A stretch of 63,327 nt of DNA, the filler included, from Nemertoderma westbladi (lineage: Eukaryota; Animalia; Xenacoelomorpha): assembly GCA_032718475.1 (NCBI GenBank). It is 2 parts of 2 records of this genome, joined end to end, with 100 filler letters (N's around TTAATTAATTAA, not from the genome) between each part and the next. Parts side by side here need not be neighbours in the genome. Positions count along the whole stretch, not along the records: positions 1 to 31,888 come from JAUCBJ010003113.1; 1 more part is not named here. One strand, written 5' to 3'. The notes beneath the pieces are model-generated. The model was not told the origin of the DNA and did no database searches. It saw only the letters and a program-made list of their open reading frames with translations. A program made the position numbers and the translations under genes. Shown here one piece after another: positions 10,937 to 23,284 of this stretch (position 1 is the stretch's first letter; every line of letters starts with the position of its first letter).

Positions 10937-13413
10937 CACGTCAAACAACGAGGAGAGAAGTGAAATCGTAGCTGTAAGATGTGGTACACTAAATACAAAC
11001 GGATTTTCAAGCAATACAAACTATATAAATAAACTTCTTGATGAATGTGACTTCCTTGGAATACAGGAACACTGGTTGGACGATCTGGAATGTCAGGCCA
11101 GCCTCTTTCCGCTTGACAATAAATTTGACTGCGTCTACGCTGTCAGTTCCTTGATGGAAAATCCGGATAGAAAACGCGGTGCGGGCGGCGTCGCTTTATT
11201 CTTTAAGAAGGATTTAGTGAGGAATTGGTCTCAGGTAAACGGCGGCGACGACATAGTTGGCATTATTGCTGACCTACACCATGCCGAGCGGCCGGTCTTG
11301 GTGTTATCATGTTATGCTCCGGATCAATCAAAGGACACCGCCTTGTATGACAGTTTCCTGGGTCGCCTACGCTCCCTCATAACTCAATATTCAGGGTGTC
11401 TTCCGATAGTCCTAATGGACTGCAATGCCGATGTCGGTAACTTACAAGGTGCGAGGGGACACCTATCAAACGAAAAACCAAATTCTAGAGGCATTCATCT
11501 GAACTCATTCCTAAACACCATCGAGTTATGCGCGGCAGACACTCACACTCAGTTCAGTGGGCCAGTGGTAACTTTCCGGGGACAGGGTAGAGATACGTCC
11601 TCGTATATCGACCATATACTGGCGTCAACCACCGGGCTCGATCTCATCAACACTGGAATAGTATATGACGACGATCCAGCCAATAACTTCTCCGACCACG
11701 TTCCAGTAACTGCAAATTTTCAGCTCACTTCAAATAACGGCGATGCACAAACGACGTCAATTGAAGTTCAATTGGGCGAAGGCAACGGATGAGGATAAAG
11801 ATAAATATAAGGAGGTAGTTGACTTCGCTGTCGAAAAGTCTGCCCTAGAGATCAATGACCTTCGAGCCAAAAATGGTAGCATCGAGGACATAAACAACTG
11901 CATGGACAAACTACAATGTGCAGTGGTTGCGGCCACAACAACATACATCCCGACGCTGAAACAAAGATGCAGTACGAAAAATATACGAATCCGTTCCAAA
12001 CTGCTACAATCAAGTGTGAAGATTACACGGCAGCTGTATAAACTGTGGGAGGAGGCGGGCCATGAGCCCACCGACCAACTGGGTTCGGAGTTCAAAGAGT
12101 CGAAACGGCGCACTCAGAGGATTAAAAATTATTTATCAAAGAACTTTGTTCGCAATTCCACAAACAAATGGGCCAGAAACGTCAGTTCAAACCCTAGAAA
12201 TTTCTGGTCCAACGTTAATCGCGCGAAGACTTCTAGTGCCCCGCCAACGATGGAGTCTCCCCTACGAGACCACAACGCCACTAAGTTCAGTGGAGGCGGC
12301 GGAGTGAGTGAAACTCTGAACGCCGAACTGCGGGAAGCCTGTTCGGAAACGGTTCTCCCTCAAATCTCGTCGTTAGCTGTGAGACGAGCCATGGTCTCAC
12401 TATCGACTGGGAAATCCCCTGACTTCGCCTCATTAACTGTGGAACATTTACTGCACATGAACCCAGAACCGATCTGTGAATATCTCGCCTCCTTAATCAA
12501 TGCCTGTTTTAATCTAAAGCAAGTACCTGAACTGTTTGGAAATTCGGTCGTATCAAGTCTTTACAAAGGAAAGCAAAGAGACATATACAACACTGGATCC
12601 TATAGACCTATAGCTTCCATAAGTATCTGGGCGAAGGTTTTCGAACGTATCATTCTCACCGACTTCCCCATCAATATCAAACTCCACGATAACCAAACTG
12701 CATATCGGGACAGGATCGGCTGTGATATTGCCATAGCGACAATTCTAGAATGTATGGAGAACAATCTATCCAGCAAATCGACACTGTTCTATGTCAGCTG
12801 GACATCGAGTCGGCGTTCGACACGGTAGACTACGACGCACTCGGTCTCAAGATGTTGGAATTCGTCAACCCCCATGTGGTCGCGACCGTGCTGAACTATT
12901 ACACCATCAGTATGATATTCCTTAAGTTTGCCGGTTTAGTAGACAGCGACGGAATCCAAGTCTCCCGCGGAGTTAAACAGGGGTCGCTCCTATCGCCTCT
13001 CCTGTTCAATCTATATACCCGGAGTATTATTGATGACCTTCAGGACACAAACATCGGATACTCAATTAACTCGATCTGGTTGGGAGCAATCTCATATGCT
13101 GACGATTTTCTGTTGATGGCTAACAGCGCCAAAGACATTCAGCAGCTGTACACTACGTTTAGCTCAAGCGCCAAAAACATAAAGCTGTTGGTGGAAAAGA
13201 GTAAAATCAACTGGTCGGTTTTTTCGAACCAATGATCTCTACATCTCCCAACCTTCCTCACATTAGAAGGCCAACTGATCCCCACCAAGAACTCGTGGAC
13301 CTTTCTGGGCTACAACTTAGCCCAGGCTATGACCAACCCTCTGGGCGCGTCGGTGCAGAAAATCGCTGCTCTGGCCCACATGTTCCAGTCGAAGGGTTGG
13401 TCCATGAGGTGGC
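10707..13413 (+). pseudogene. LINE ORF2: AP endonuclease + reverse transcriptase, frameshifted and 3'-truncated
   Basis: APE motifs TLNTNG, IQEHWL, GGVAL, DCNA, SYIDHIL, SDHVPV. RT motifs YRPI, LDIESAFDTV, GVKQGSLLSP, SYADD. Frameshifts near 11750, 12790 and 13230; ends at the TGTT junction at 13414. Confidence 0.93.
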
Positions 13414-16400
13414 TGTTCGCGCTTTCAGACCTTTAGCAGTTTAACCTGCCAAATTTGGATGTCTTCTAGATAATAAATCGACTTTAGCCTATGACGAGTA
13501 TTTGATACACTACATTAGCCGAAGCCAGTCTATGCGCGACCATTCACCCGCTGGATATACCCGGGAGACTGGATTCGGAAGCTTAACCTTATTGCGGTGT
13601 AGGCCTACTGTATTATTCAACTGATCGTAATATATAATCTCTGACAAATATTATTCACTTTCGGGAAATATTAACAGTTCCTTTAGGACGTGGCGCTCTA
13701 AATATGTAAACAGAGTTATGACTTAAACTAGACACAACGGGATGGCTATGGATTCACGTATATAGCGCATTCTTTAGGAGATGCTTTGTTATCAGTCACA
13801 ATCATGTACACTACCGCACAATACTGCACACCGATCTGCCGACCTTCACTAATTTTAGTCACATATAAAGAGAACAACAACCGATACATGTAGTGCCTAT
13901 GAAATAGCATTAGATTCACTTCAAAACCACTTTAATGTAAGTCGCAATCGTTATATGTAACCGGTCTCTCTTACCTTCAGTATATCAAGAAGATTGAGGG
14001 TTTTGTAATTATTTATCGATATTCCAAATATAATAATATTACATCAACTGATATAATGAATGACCGACAGTAAATAGCAGTAAAAATGCGGTGTTTGTAG
14101 TTGACAATATGATTAGGTGAGTAGGTAAGATAACAGATATACGTTCTATAATTAAGCCTACTAATGTTGGTCTAAAGCCTGAAAACACAGAGATTCCAAA
14201 GCCGGTCTTCTAGGCTCGGGAAAACTAACACAACTGAACCCTCTGGGATGTTGTAGGTATCTTTCAACACAAAGAGAAACAGCTCTCATTGGCCGAGTTC
14301 CAGATTCTGTAGGTTCCACGAATGTCTAAATGCCGAACTATTCGGGTTTTTGCAGCCCATATTCAACACAAGGCGAAATCGCTCTGATTGGTGGATCATT
14401 GTTCTGATTGGTTGATCGAACAGAACAAAGAGCCTATAGGCGTACAGCAAATCGGTTGGTAGATTGCGTCATTTGAGTTAGGTAGTTTAGAGTATTTGAG
14501 CGCATTGTGGGAAAACTGGCTTTTTATGGCCGCTAAAGCACACATGCAGACACAGCGGATAAATCGCTAGTTATGTCCTCTAAAAACACCTTACACAGTA
14601 CATTGCGGAGAAAAGGGCCAGTTATATCCCGCAAAAGCTTTTACACCACTCCCAGAAAATGGGATTTAATTCTATAAAATATAAGAAATCACAGTTTCTA
14701 AAATATAAAAATACTCTAAACAGCTAGTCTTTCTTGCGCGGACGGCGTTTACGCAGTTTTTTGAGGCTAGCAAGAGTCCTTTTCTCTTTGGGGCGAGCCA
14801 CTTTACTAGGAGGGCTATAACTCCTGGGTGAAGGGTGCAATACAATTGCATCAGAAGGTTTAGGGTTACGGTCGATGTCTCGTCCATTTCGATATGCTTC
14901 TCCTCGAGCTGATTTTCCTCCGCTTATCGTTGGATGCGTTCGTCCAAAACTCTTGCAGAGAATAGGGTCGTCCAAGTTCGATATCTTCTTAGAGATTCTG
15001 AATTTTCTGATCGAACTGAGATAAAATTAATTCGTTTACCGCTTGGACTTGCTGCTGCAATTTACGTTTCTCTAAACAATTGTAGGTTCATTTTCCGATC
15101 TTTTGACGAATAGTGTCCAACGCGTTTCGTACAACTCTTTCCTCCGCCTCGGTGACAGGTTATATCGGGTTAAACAGGGACGATGATACGGTTGAATGGC
15201 GATATTAGCTGTCCACGTCCCAATCCGACTAAGTGAGATGGGTGAATATTTAGGGAGCCCACAACCGGAGTGCCACCGACTAACTGTTCGGGTAACACTA
15301 GATCTTGGAACAGTGAGTACAGTTCGGGAGGATCCGTGATACTATTAGGATCAAGAGTCTGAGGTCCAACTAGGGAATGAGGAGGTCTGACCGAGTATTC
15401 CAGAACTCTGATCATAGGTTTATTTAAGGATCGTTTGAATCGAGCGAGCGTAGGTGATACATCGAACAAGTTTCGCTCGAAACTCCCGTAAATATAGCGA
15501 GTAAAACTGTGTTTAAAGCAACGTCTCCGCGGATGTTTATGTCTTTCCGTTTGTTGGTTGGGTCTTGGGCATTCATCGCAATAATACCAAAGACGCACGT
15601 ATTGTAGGGGAAACGCGGGTGATATTTATTCGGTGTTACAACGTTTCTCTCAAGAATTCTAAATATACGTTAGAGTGACTGCGTTTATCCGGTTCTTTAA
15701 CGTCTTCTCTTTCGAGTCGATTTCGAATAGAATTTTCGCATTCGATTTTCAGTTTATCGTTCCGACTCCGCTGGGTAGGATACTCAAAACAGTACCATTT
15801 CCCTTTCGGTGTCGACATCGTCCGTATCGTGTAAATCGATAGGATGACCAGTAGTTAAGAAGTCCATATACATACCATTACGATGCGTATAGTGAGCGGT
15901 GAGTTTTCTATAGTCCAATTCACGCGTAAGTTGCTCCTGGGACATTGGCGGTTCGATATAACGACCATCGTCCTCCGAAGTAGTTGGACCAGCGTCGCCG
16001 CGTATCAAGCTATCAACAAACGCTTGTAAAGGTAGAGTATATCGCTCCCTGATACCAAGATCATCTTCTATCAACTCAGTCATATCTGCTATATGAGTTT
16101 ATCAATATTATAATGAGTTTATATTTAGGCTAGCGGGCGTCGCTGCCTACCCCTCTCGGCCCCCGGACAGCGCAAGATCCTCAGCGCTGGTGTGCCGTCG
16201 CCTCTGTGTTTTCGCCAACGTAGTAGCTACACAACGACAACCGGCACAAGTCACTCCACCGTCCGTCCCAAAGGCTTAGATTTACTTCAGGTTCTTACTG
16301 GAGAGTTAGGGCTACTTTCACAATTGCGACTCGCTACTGTAAACACACTTTAGTAGTAACATTCACCTATAAACGCACAAATTCCACACAACTGTCACAA

Positions 16401-17697
16401 ATCGCACACATTCGGGCCATTTGTCTGTTAGTCAGTGCCTTCCAGAATGCCACGTTATTATTGGGTATCCTTGGATAATAGCAGTGTGCTATTTTATTCC
16501 TTATGCTATTTAATGGGGCAAGCCTTTATTGTTCTTTTAACTCACTTCTAATTCTAGCGTGGTTGTTGCCATGGTGACATTATGGAAAGCTAGCGGTAGA
16601 ATTAGGGTAATTCTCATGCATACAGATCTGGGATGCTATTTAATAGTAATTCTTTAATTGTCAATATTTCTCTTTATACATGATTTTATGAATTTTATCG
16701 GCTATTGACTATATATTGGAGATTCTCGCACACTAATATACTTAATAGGGTGAATCTCCGCTCCCATGATCTATTAATTTATGGAATTTTGGGAATGTTA
16801 TAAATTGTATAAAAATGACAATTTATCAAATTCATTAAAAAGATGAATTTAAATTTATTCCCGTAAATTTTATTATTTAATATTAAATAGACACAATTTT
16901 ATTCCAGAACATGTCTGGGGACTGGGATCCTTGATTCTAGGAAATTGATCTTTTTAAGAATATCGGTAAGTGCTACGATATCTTAATAGACTAGAATTTT
17001 AAAGGATCAAAAATTTGACAGATTTTGTAAATATTAATAATTAATATTTAGGATGGGCACCAGTTTATTCCAGAACATGTCTGGGGACGTTAACCACTGA
17101 TTCTAGAATTTTGTCTTTCAAGTATATCGGTGGGTGCCGCGATATCTTAATCGACTAGAATTGCAGATGGTCAAAGGGTTTAACAGATTTATTTTGCGTT
17201 GTACGCTACTGTTAAAGTGACATCACGCTACTATATGTATTATTTAATATACGGTATGAGAGCAATATCGCACGAAGCAATGTCAGTGAGAAGAGGCAAG
17301 TCGTTTCCAAGGTCTACCCAGAGCTTGGTTTAGCCGAGACACGAGGATCTGAACTTTGCATTCCTAATACTCTACTTACCAATAATACTTGAATATAGTA
17401 GGAGCTTTATTGTACTTTAATAAGTACGGATATTTCATCTTACTGTAGTTACGTATTTGTAATGTAATACGGACAGTAAGGAAAGAGAAAAAGAATTATT
17501 TCTCGCCGTCGCACTAAATATATAATATATAAGTAATTAAGTAATAAACGCGAATATATATTGCACTAATCTACTAAATAATCGCTAAAATAACATTCTA
17601 CTAAATAAAATTAAAGAAAACGATTATAATAAAATTACATAATAATACATACATAAATATAAAATAATAAAAACAAATATAAAATAATATAGTCACA
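13414..17697 (-). mobile_element. Putative 3' LTR (~4.3 kb) of a BEL/Pao element
   Basis: On the minus strand it starts TGTGAC directly after purine-rich GGAGTGGGTG following the pol stop, and ends GCGAACA. The first ~1.2 kb has a diverged homologue beginning at the same TGTTCGCG boundary at 42063. Confidence 0.6.
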
Positions 17698-18610
17698 CAC
17701 CCACTCCAGACGCTGTTATGTTGGGGAGTCCCTAGATGTTTGTTGGATTAGGGAGGTGGTCGTGGGAAGAGTATCTTGCCTTCCATAGTTTCCGGACAGT
17801 TCTCGGTCTCGTTCCAGTAAACATAAACGACCAACTGGGCGATTGAGCTGCTGTGTCTCGAAGACAATTCCAGGTTTCCTCTTCGTCCTGGAATAGTGAC
17901 GATAGAAACATCGCTTCAAATACACGACGGCCTTACAAAGCCGATTCCAGGATCTATAGTGGTCCATCGCTCCCGGCAGGAGAGGTGAGAGTCCCGGCGA
18001 GACGTCTGGTGTTCCAGATCTCCAGTCTCTCTCTCTGATCTCCACAACAGATCGGTTCGCGGTGGGGGAGTTTAGATCCACAGTGTCGTCCCTGGCAATG
18101 TGTAGTACAGACAGATCTATCATGGGTTTAAATAACCTTGATTTACTCGTCCGGGTTTTAGGTTTGACTTTCTCCGCTCCCTTGGCTTGCCCAATCTCAA
18201 CCGTGGTAAGATGGGGAGGCCATTCATCTTCTTTACTTAGGAAGTCGGGTCCACCTAACCAGTCTGGAGTATCTGTCAGTTCTTGAGGAGTTGCTCCTCT
18301 GGAAGCGATGACGGCTAAATTAATCGTCTCGGGGCAATGTCTCCATTGATCTACATTGGAGTTAATATCGTCATTATCTGACGAGTATGGTGTTCCCTCA
18401 GTTGGGTCGTCTACCTCACTGCTCTCCGCTTCCCATTCACTTACTTGGTATACCCATTCTTTTGGTAACCTTTCTATGAGAGTTCTACGGGAAGGGCCAG
18501 TAAAGTACCAACCTACTCTAGTTCTTCCCGCATAGGCTTGTAGTGGTTGCGGTTGAGCAGGTCGTTTCTCCGATTTTGGCCGATGAGTATTTGCACTCCA
18601 GGGTAGTCTG
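17698..18610 (-). mobile_element. Internally deleted BEL/Pao pol fragments
   Basis: Pieces match the element at 31989-38114 (DYPGVQILI.QN; VGWYFTGPSRRTL; WRHCP.TIN.A.IASRG), followed by SWNRL...YLKR and the C-terminal RPVGRLCLLE motif. RT, RNase H and integrase core are absent. Confidence 0.85.
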
Positions 18611-21600
18611 CCAAATTTATGGCACTGGGGTTAAATTCCTCTCTAGTAATCCCATCAAAGGATCCAGGCTTTATCGTAATTGCACCTTTTCCATTATTGG
18701 CTCCAATTGTCTTTTTGAAGATAATTTTACTCTTTTTGAGGGAACTCGCTTCCGTTTGGACGGGTTCCGATATGTCGATGGAAGGTTCCGGTTTGACGAA
18801 CGTTTCTGATGTTTCTGTGTCTGACGAGTGCAGAACGGGAGATGGATGAGTTGGCGATTCAGAATGACCTGAAGTGGACAGGTCTATCAAGTTTCTGTCG
18901 ATATCTCCTTGAATTATTCCGTCAGTCGACGTTCGTTTCTGCGACATATTTTCTTTCATCCCATTTCCCTTCTTTGCGCCTGCCAGTGGTTTGTGTTTAG
19001 GTATCGATTGCAGGCCGAGCGATTCTTTCCGGTTTGTTCGGATGGCGATCGACTGCCTCATTCTATGAAGAGGAGAGTTTGCCGATCCGTGGCTCTTACC
19101 GGCCGCGAGTTTTGCCGCTCCCGCTGTCAACATCATTCCTACAGGTTGTGTGTATTCCTTGACTTAATCTTGGGGGATCTTCTTAGTCGAAGGAGGGGGT
19201 AATGGCTTGAAGGGCAACCCGGAGAACCGGTGCCAACTCAAACTTACGGTACGGTTACAGTTAAAATTATCACGAAAGTTAAGAGCAGTTTTTCGTATTT
19301 CAGCAGTTCAGTTCAGCTACGGTACGGATGCAATGTGCTGTGACCTCTAGCTACTCAAGATTATCCTCAAGAACAAAGATAATGTCAGATTTACCACGTC
19401 AAAACCCAGTAAACAGAGTTACTGGGTTTCCAGCAGTTTGAGATACTGGGTTTTGACGTGGGATTTCCCGAATGCAGATATGCCAAACCAAAACCCAGTA
19501 ACTCCGGCAACGCAACAGACGTAGACAAATAATTAAATGTTCTAGAATATTATATTCTAGAATGTTGCCTCTTTGTTTTCGCTAACCGTTGGTGAAGGAA
19601 GTCAGAGTTACTGGGTTTTGGCGAAGGGACTTGTCAGTTACTTGGTTTTGGCATGTGAAAGGTAACTGATTGGAAAAGTTAAATGCTAGTTTACTGGGTT
19701 TTGGTGTGGGCAAATTAGTTACTGTGTTTTGAAATGGGAATCGTGACGTTACTGGGTATTGATGCATGAAAAATCACAATTATTTTGTTTTCTACCATAC
19801 CAAAACCGTGTAAGTCGATTTATATGAATAGTAAGGAATAAATAAATAAAAAAAGTTTTGGCACTAATATACAGTATACTAAGTACAATTTGTAAAGGTA
19901 CACAAAATTATAACTCATTAAATTAAATTTTAACCAAATGCCAGCTGTTTAAAGTCCAAAAACTTTAAACGCGATTATCTCGAAAAGTCAAAAAATGTAC
20001 TTACTGGGTTTTGGTTTGGAGCTGCCGACTTGTTTACACATTTCTCTCTGTGTAGGTTGACTTACCTTATCTATTAATAGGGTATTCATAGTTATTATTT
20101 CTCTACTAGTTGGTTAACATTTATTCCTATGTGCTAACTCTGATTGTTGCTCTTCTAATTCTAATAACTCGTTCTGTTCCCTAATAAGTGCTTTCTTTGC
20201 CACATATTCTTTCTCTCTATTTCATTCTGTTTAATTGGTATCAATTCTCTCGCCCTCGCTTCCTCATTCCTTAAGGGCACGTGTTTGTCCATACATTTGA
20301 CTATTAAGCTTATGTACCTCTTCTGAGGAATTGGTTCAACAGAATGGCTTGAATTTTGGAGGGGAATTAATTTTGCATGTGTCTCAGACTTTTGGTTTGC
20401 AGAATAAATAAAAAAATGTATTGTGATCACCAGAAATTTTCAAAGTGAAAAATGTTATTATTGTAAAAAGTGAAAAAAACTCGTATTTTGGCCGTTTTTT
20501 GTGATGTAACTTTTTCAATTTCTAACCCACATGTCTAAATGTGCTACCACCTATAAAGGATTAGTAGAAGAACATCTACTGAAAATTTCATGCAATTTGG
20601 TTCAAATAGTTCCAGTAGTTCCAGATAAACAGGTACATGAGTGAAAAATAAAAACGAAAAATAAAATTCTGAGATAAATCCATTTAAAGTTTTCAAACCT
20701 TCCCACCATTTTATGTTAAATGGAGGGATAATTCAAATTGTATTGAAAAAATAAGGAAGAATACTTCTTAACTAAAATTTTCGATATGGGGGTTTTCTGG
20801 GGTGGTGATTGCATTTCCGATGTCAGTTTTGACGTTTGATGAATTCCAGACTGTCAGTCTGTCTGTCTACCGAACTGAAATTTAGGTTAGGGTGGTTTTC
20901 CTGGTCGGTGATTTCAATACCAATGTTAGTTTTCACGTTTGAAGAATTCCAGACTGTCTAACTGTCAGACTGTCTGTTTATCAAACAATCTGTCCGTCTG
21001 TCAGTCGAAATTTAGGAAAGGACACAACATCGCAAAAAATGTAGTTAGAGGGGTTTTCCTGGACGGCGATTCCATTTCTGTGACTGGGTAAGATTTAGTA
21101 CGCGTCACCTGACTGCTGGTCTGCTGGGCTAGTGTCCTTTTGGCTGAAAGCTGTTGGGGAAAAATAACAGAGGTTGTGTTCCTCAATGTTAATGTTCCAA
21201 ATGATAATAGCACAGAATTAGTTACAGTATGTGATTGAAATCGCAATACAGAATAACAGCAGATATACAATTGATGTTAGTTGACGTAGTGACGGTCAAA
21301 AACTATAACCGATCTGCAACTCTGTGACTGTGATTAATGAACTGACTGGTAAATCAGTAACACAGAATAACTATATGATTGATACGCATAGATATTGGTT
21401 TCACCTCTTACTCTACTTGGCCTTCTGTACCCAATGGATGCTTTCCTATCTCTGTTCACGTGCTCCCCTGCCCGCTATTGGCTTATATAGCTTATTGCAG
21501 GTCCCTCAAACCAGCCGTCTGCCATAGACCATAGACATAGTCTGCAGTACTGCAGTATGCAACTATAGCTCAGTAGTAGTTAGATAGGCCTACCCTAATC

Positions 21601-21693
21601 AACTGACCCATACATCAGACTTTAGACCTTAAGACTTTAAACCAGTTACTATACCGGTACTATACGCTTCCCGTCCCGTACGCGTACCCTATT

Positions 21694-22275
21694 ATGTCTG
21701 TCGCGTGGAAAGACGTCGGACCAACTCTGATGGAAACGTTAGAACAAATAAAAAAAGATACTGCCTTGATCCCGATAATCGTGCAACAATTAGTTGAAAC
21801 ACGCACCGAAAACCACCAGCTTAAACTTTAAAACGACTCCCTTATGCAATACATCCGACGCTACAATGTACTTATTCATGCGGTTCCGGAATCAATAACT
21901 GTAGAAGAAGAAAGAGGCAAAGTTCAGAAAGTTGTGGAACAACTAGGTATAACATTCGAAAGCGTAGATGTATTCCACCGCTTAGGACCGAAACCGAGTA
22001 GGCCTATATCAAACGATTCGGATGGGACTGCAGTAGGCCAGTCATCTCAATTAAAGGCCAAACTACGTCCTATTCTGATCAAATTCTTAGGTCATCGCCA
22101 CCGCCTGTCCGCTTTAATGAACCAACGCAAAATTGAGCCCGCTTACGTGTCTGACCATCTAACACCATGACGTGCCACTATCTTACGCCAACTAAGAGAG
22201 TATAAAAATAAAAATCCAGGATCGATACACGCAGCCTATTCCCGTAATGGCGAAGTCTATATGAAGAAGACATAA
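21694..22275 (+). pseudogene. LINE ORF1 remnant (L1-ORF1-like coiled coil/RRM/CTD)
   Basis: QYIRRYNVLIHAVPE, HRLG, RPILIKF, VSDHLTP and SRNGEVY, with in-frame stops. Confidence 0.8.
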
Positions 22276-23284
22276 TCTTCTCGACCGCTGCACGTAGTCG
22301 ACGAGAATACTGCCAATTCCATAGTTGGCGTCGCACCCAAACCAAGTATAGAGCAGTCTATCCTCGATCTTCTCCACCAACCAGTTGATCCGAATACCTA
22401 CCATCAAGTATCAGAAAGAAGAACCAGTCGTCGGAATGCGAACGTACGTTCCGGCTCGCAATCGATGGCGGATACTTCGAATAGTAACGACGCTGTCAAC
22501 AACCGATATAACTACTTATCATCCTAGTATGGGGATTGGCTCGCCATACCCATGTTATCTGTATGAACCCACCCAGTTACCGTCAAACCGGGTCACCCTG
22601 GTCAATGGTTCTGACCCGTTTTCTTAAAACCTGTAACGAGGAATTATTGGTGATGGTCATTCTGTTTATTAGCCCATTTCTTTCTTGAGATCGACCACTT
22701 AAAGCTTAGCTTAATTTTTCAAAATATTGATACATATAACAACTCTAGACGATTTTTTTTTTCTTTTTGCAAGTATGTCGTTGAGATATGTTTTCTTTTT
22801 ATCTTATATTTCAGACTTTTTTCAATGCCCGTCACTAGTTGGTATGTAATTGGCTGTCTCATTATATAGTCTCATAAACTTAAAATGGATATTCAATTCT
22901 ATCTACTTCAACTGGATCCGCAGTTTTACAAAAAAAAATTTTCGTTTTCTTTTTTGAAAGTATATATAATAATTCATTGAGATACGTTATTTTGTTTATC
23001 TTATCCCTCAGTTTCTTTTTTCAAAATATGACATATATATTATTGGTATAGAAACTTAAAACTAGATACTCAAATCCATTCTAATTTAGATCCACAGTTT
23101 CCTTTCCTTTCGCAAGTATATAATTTATTCATTGAGTTATGTTTTTTGCTTATCCTATCCTTCATATGGAATCACCCATATATTTTCCAAAATATGATAT
23201 ATATTACTGGTATATGTAATTGGCACTTTCCAAAATATGATATATTATTTGTTCTTTAGGTAAAAGAATATTACTTATTCATTA

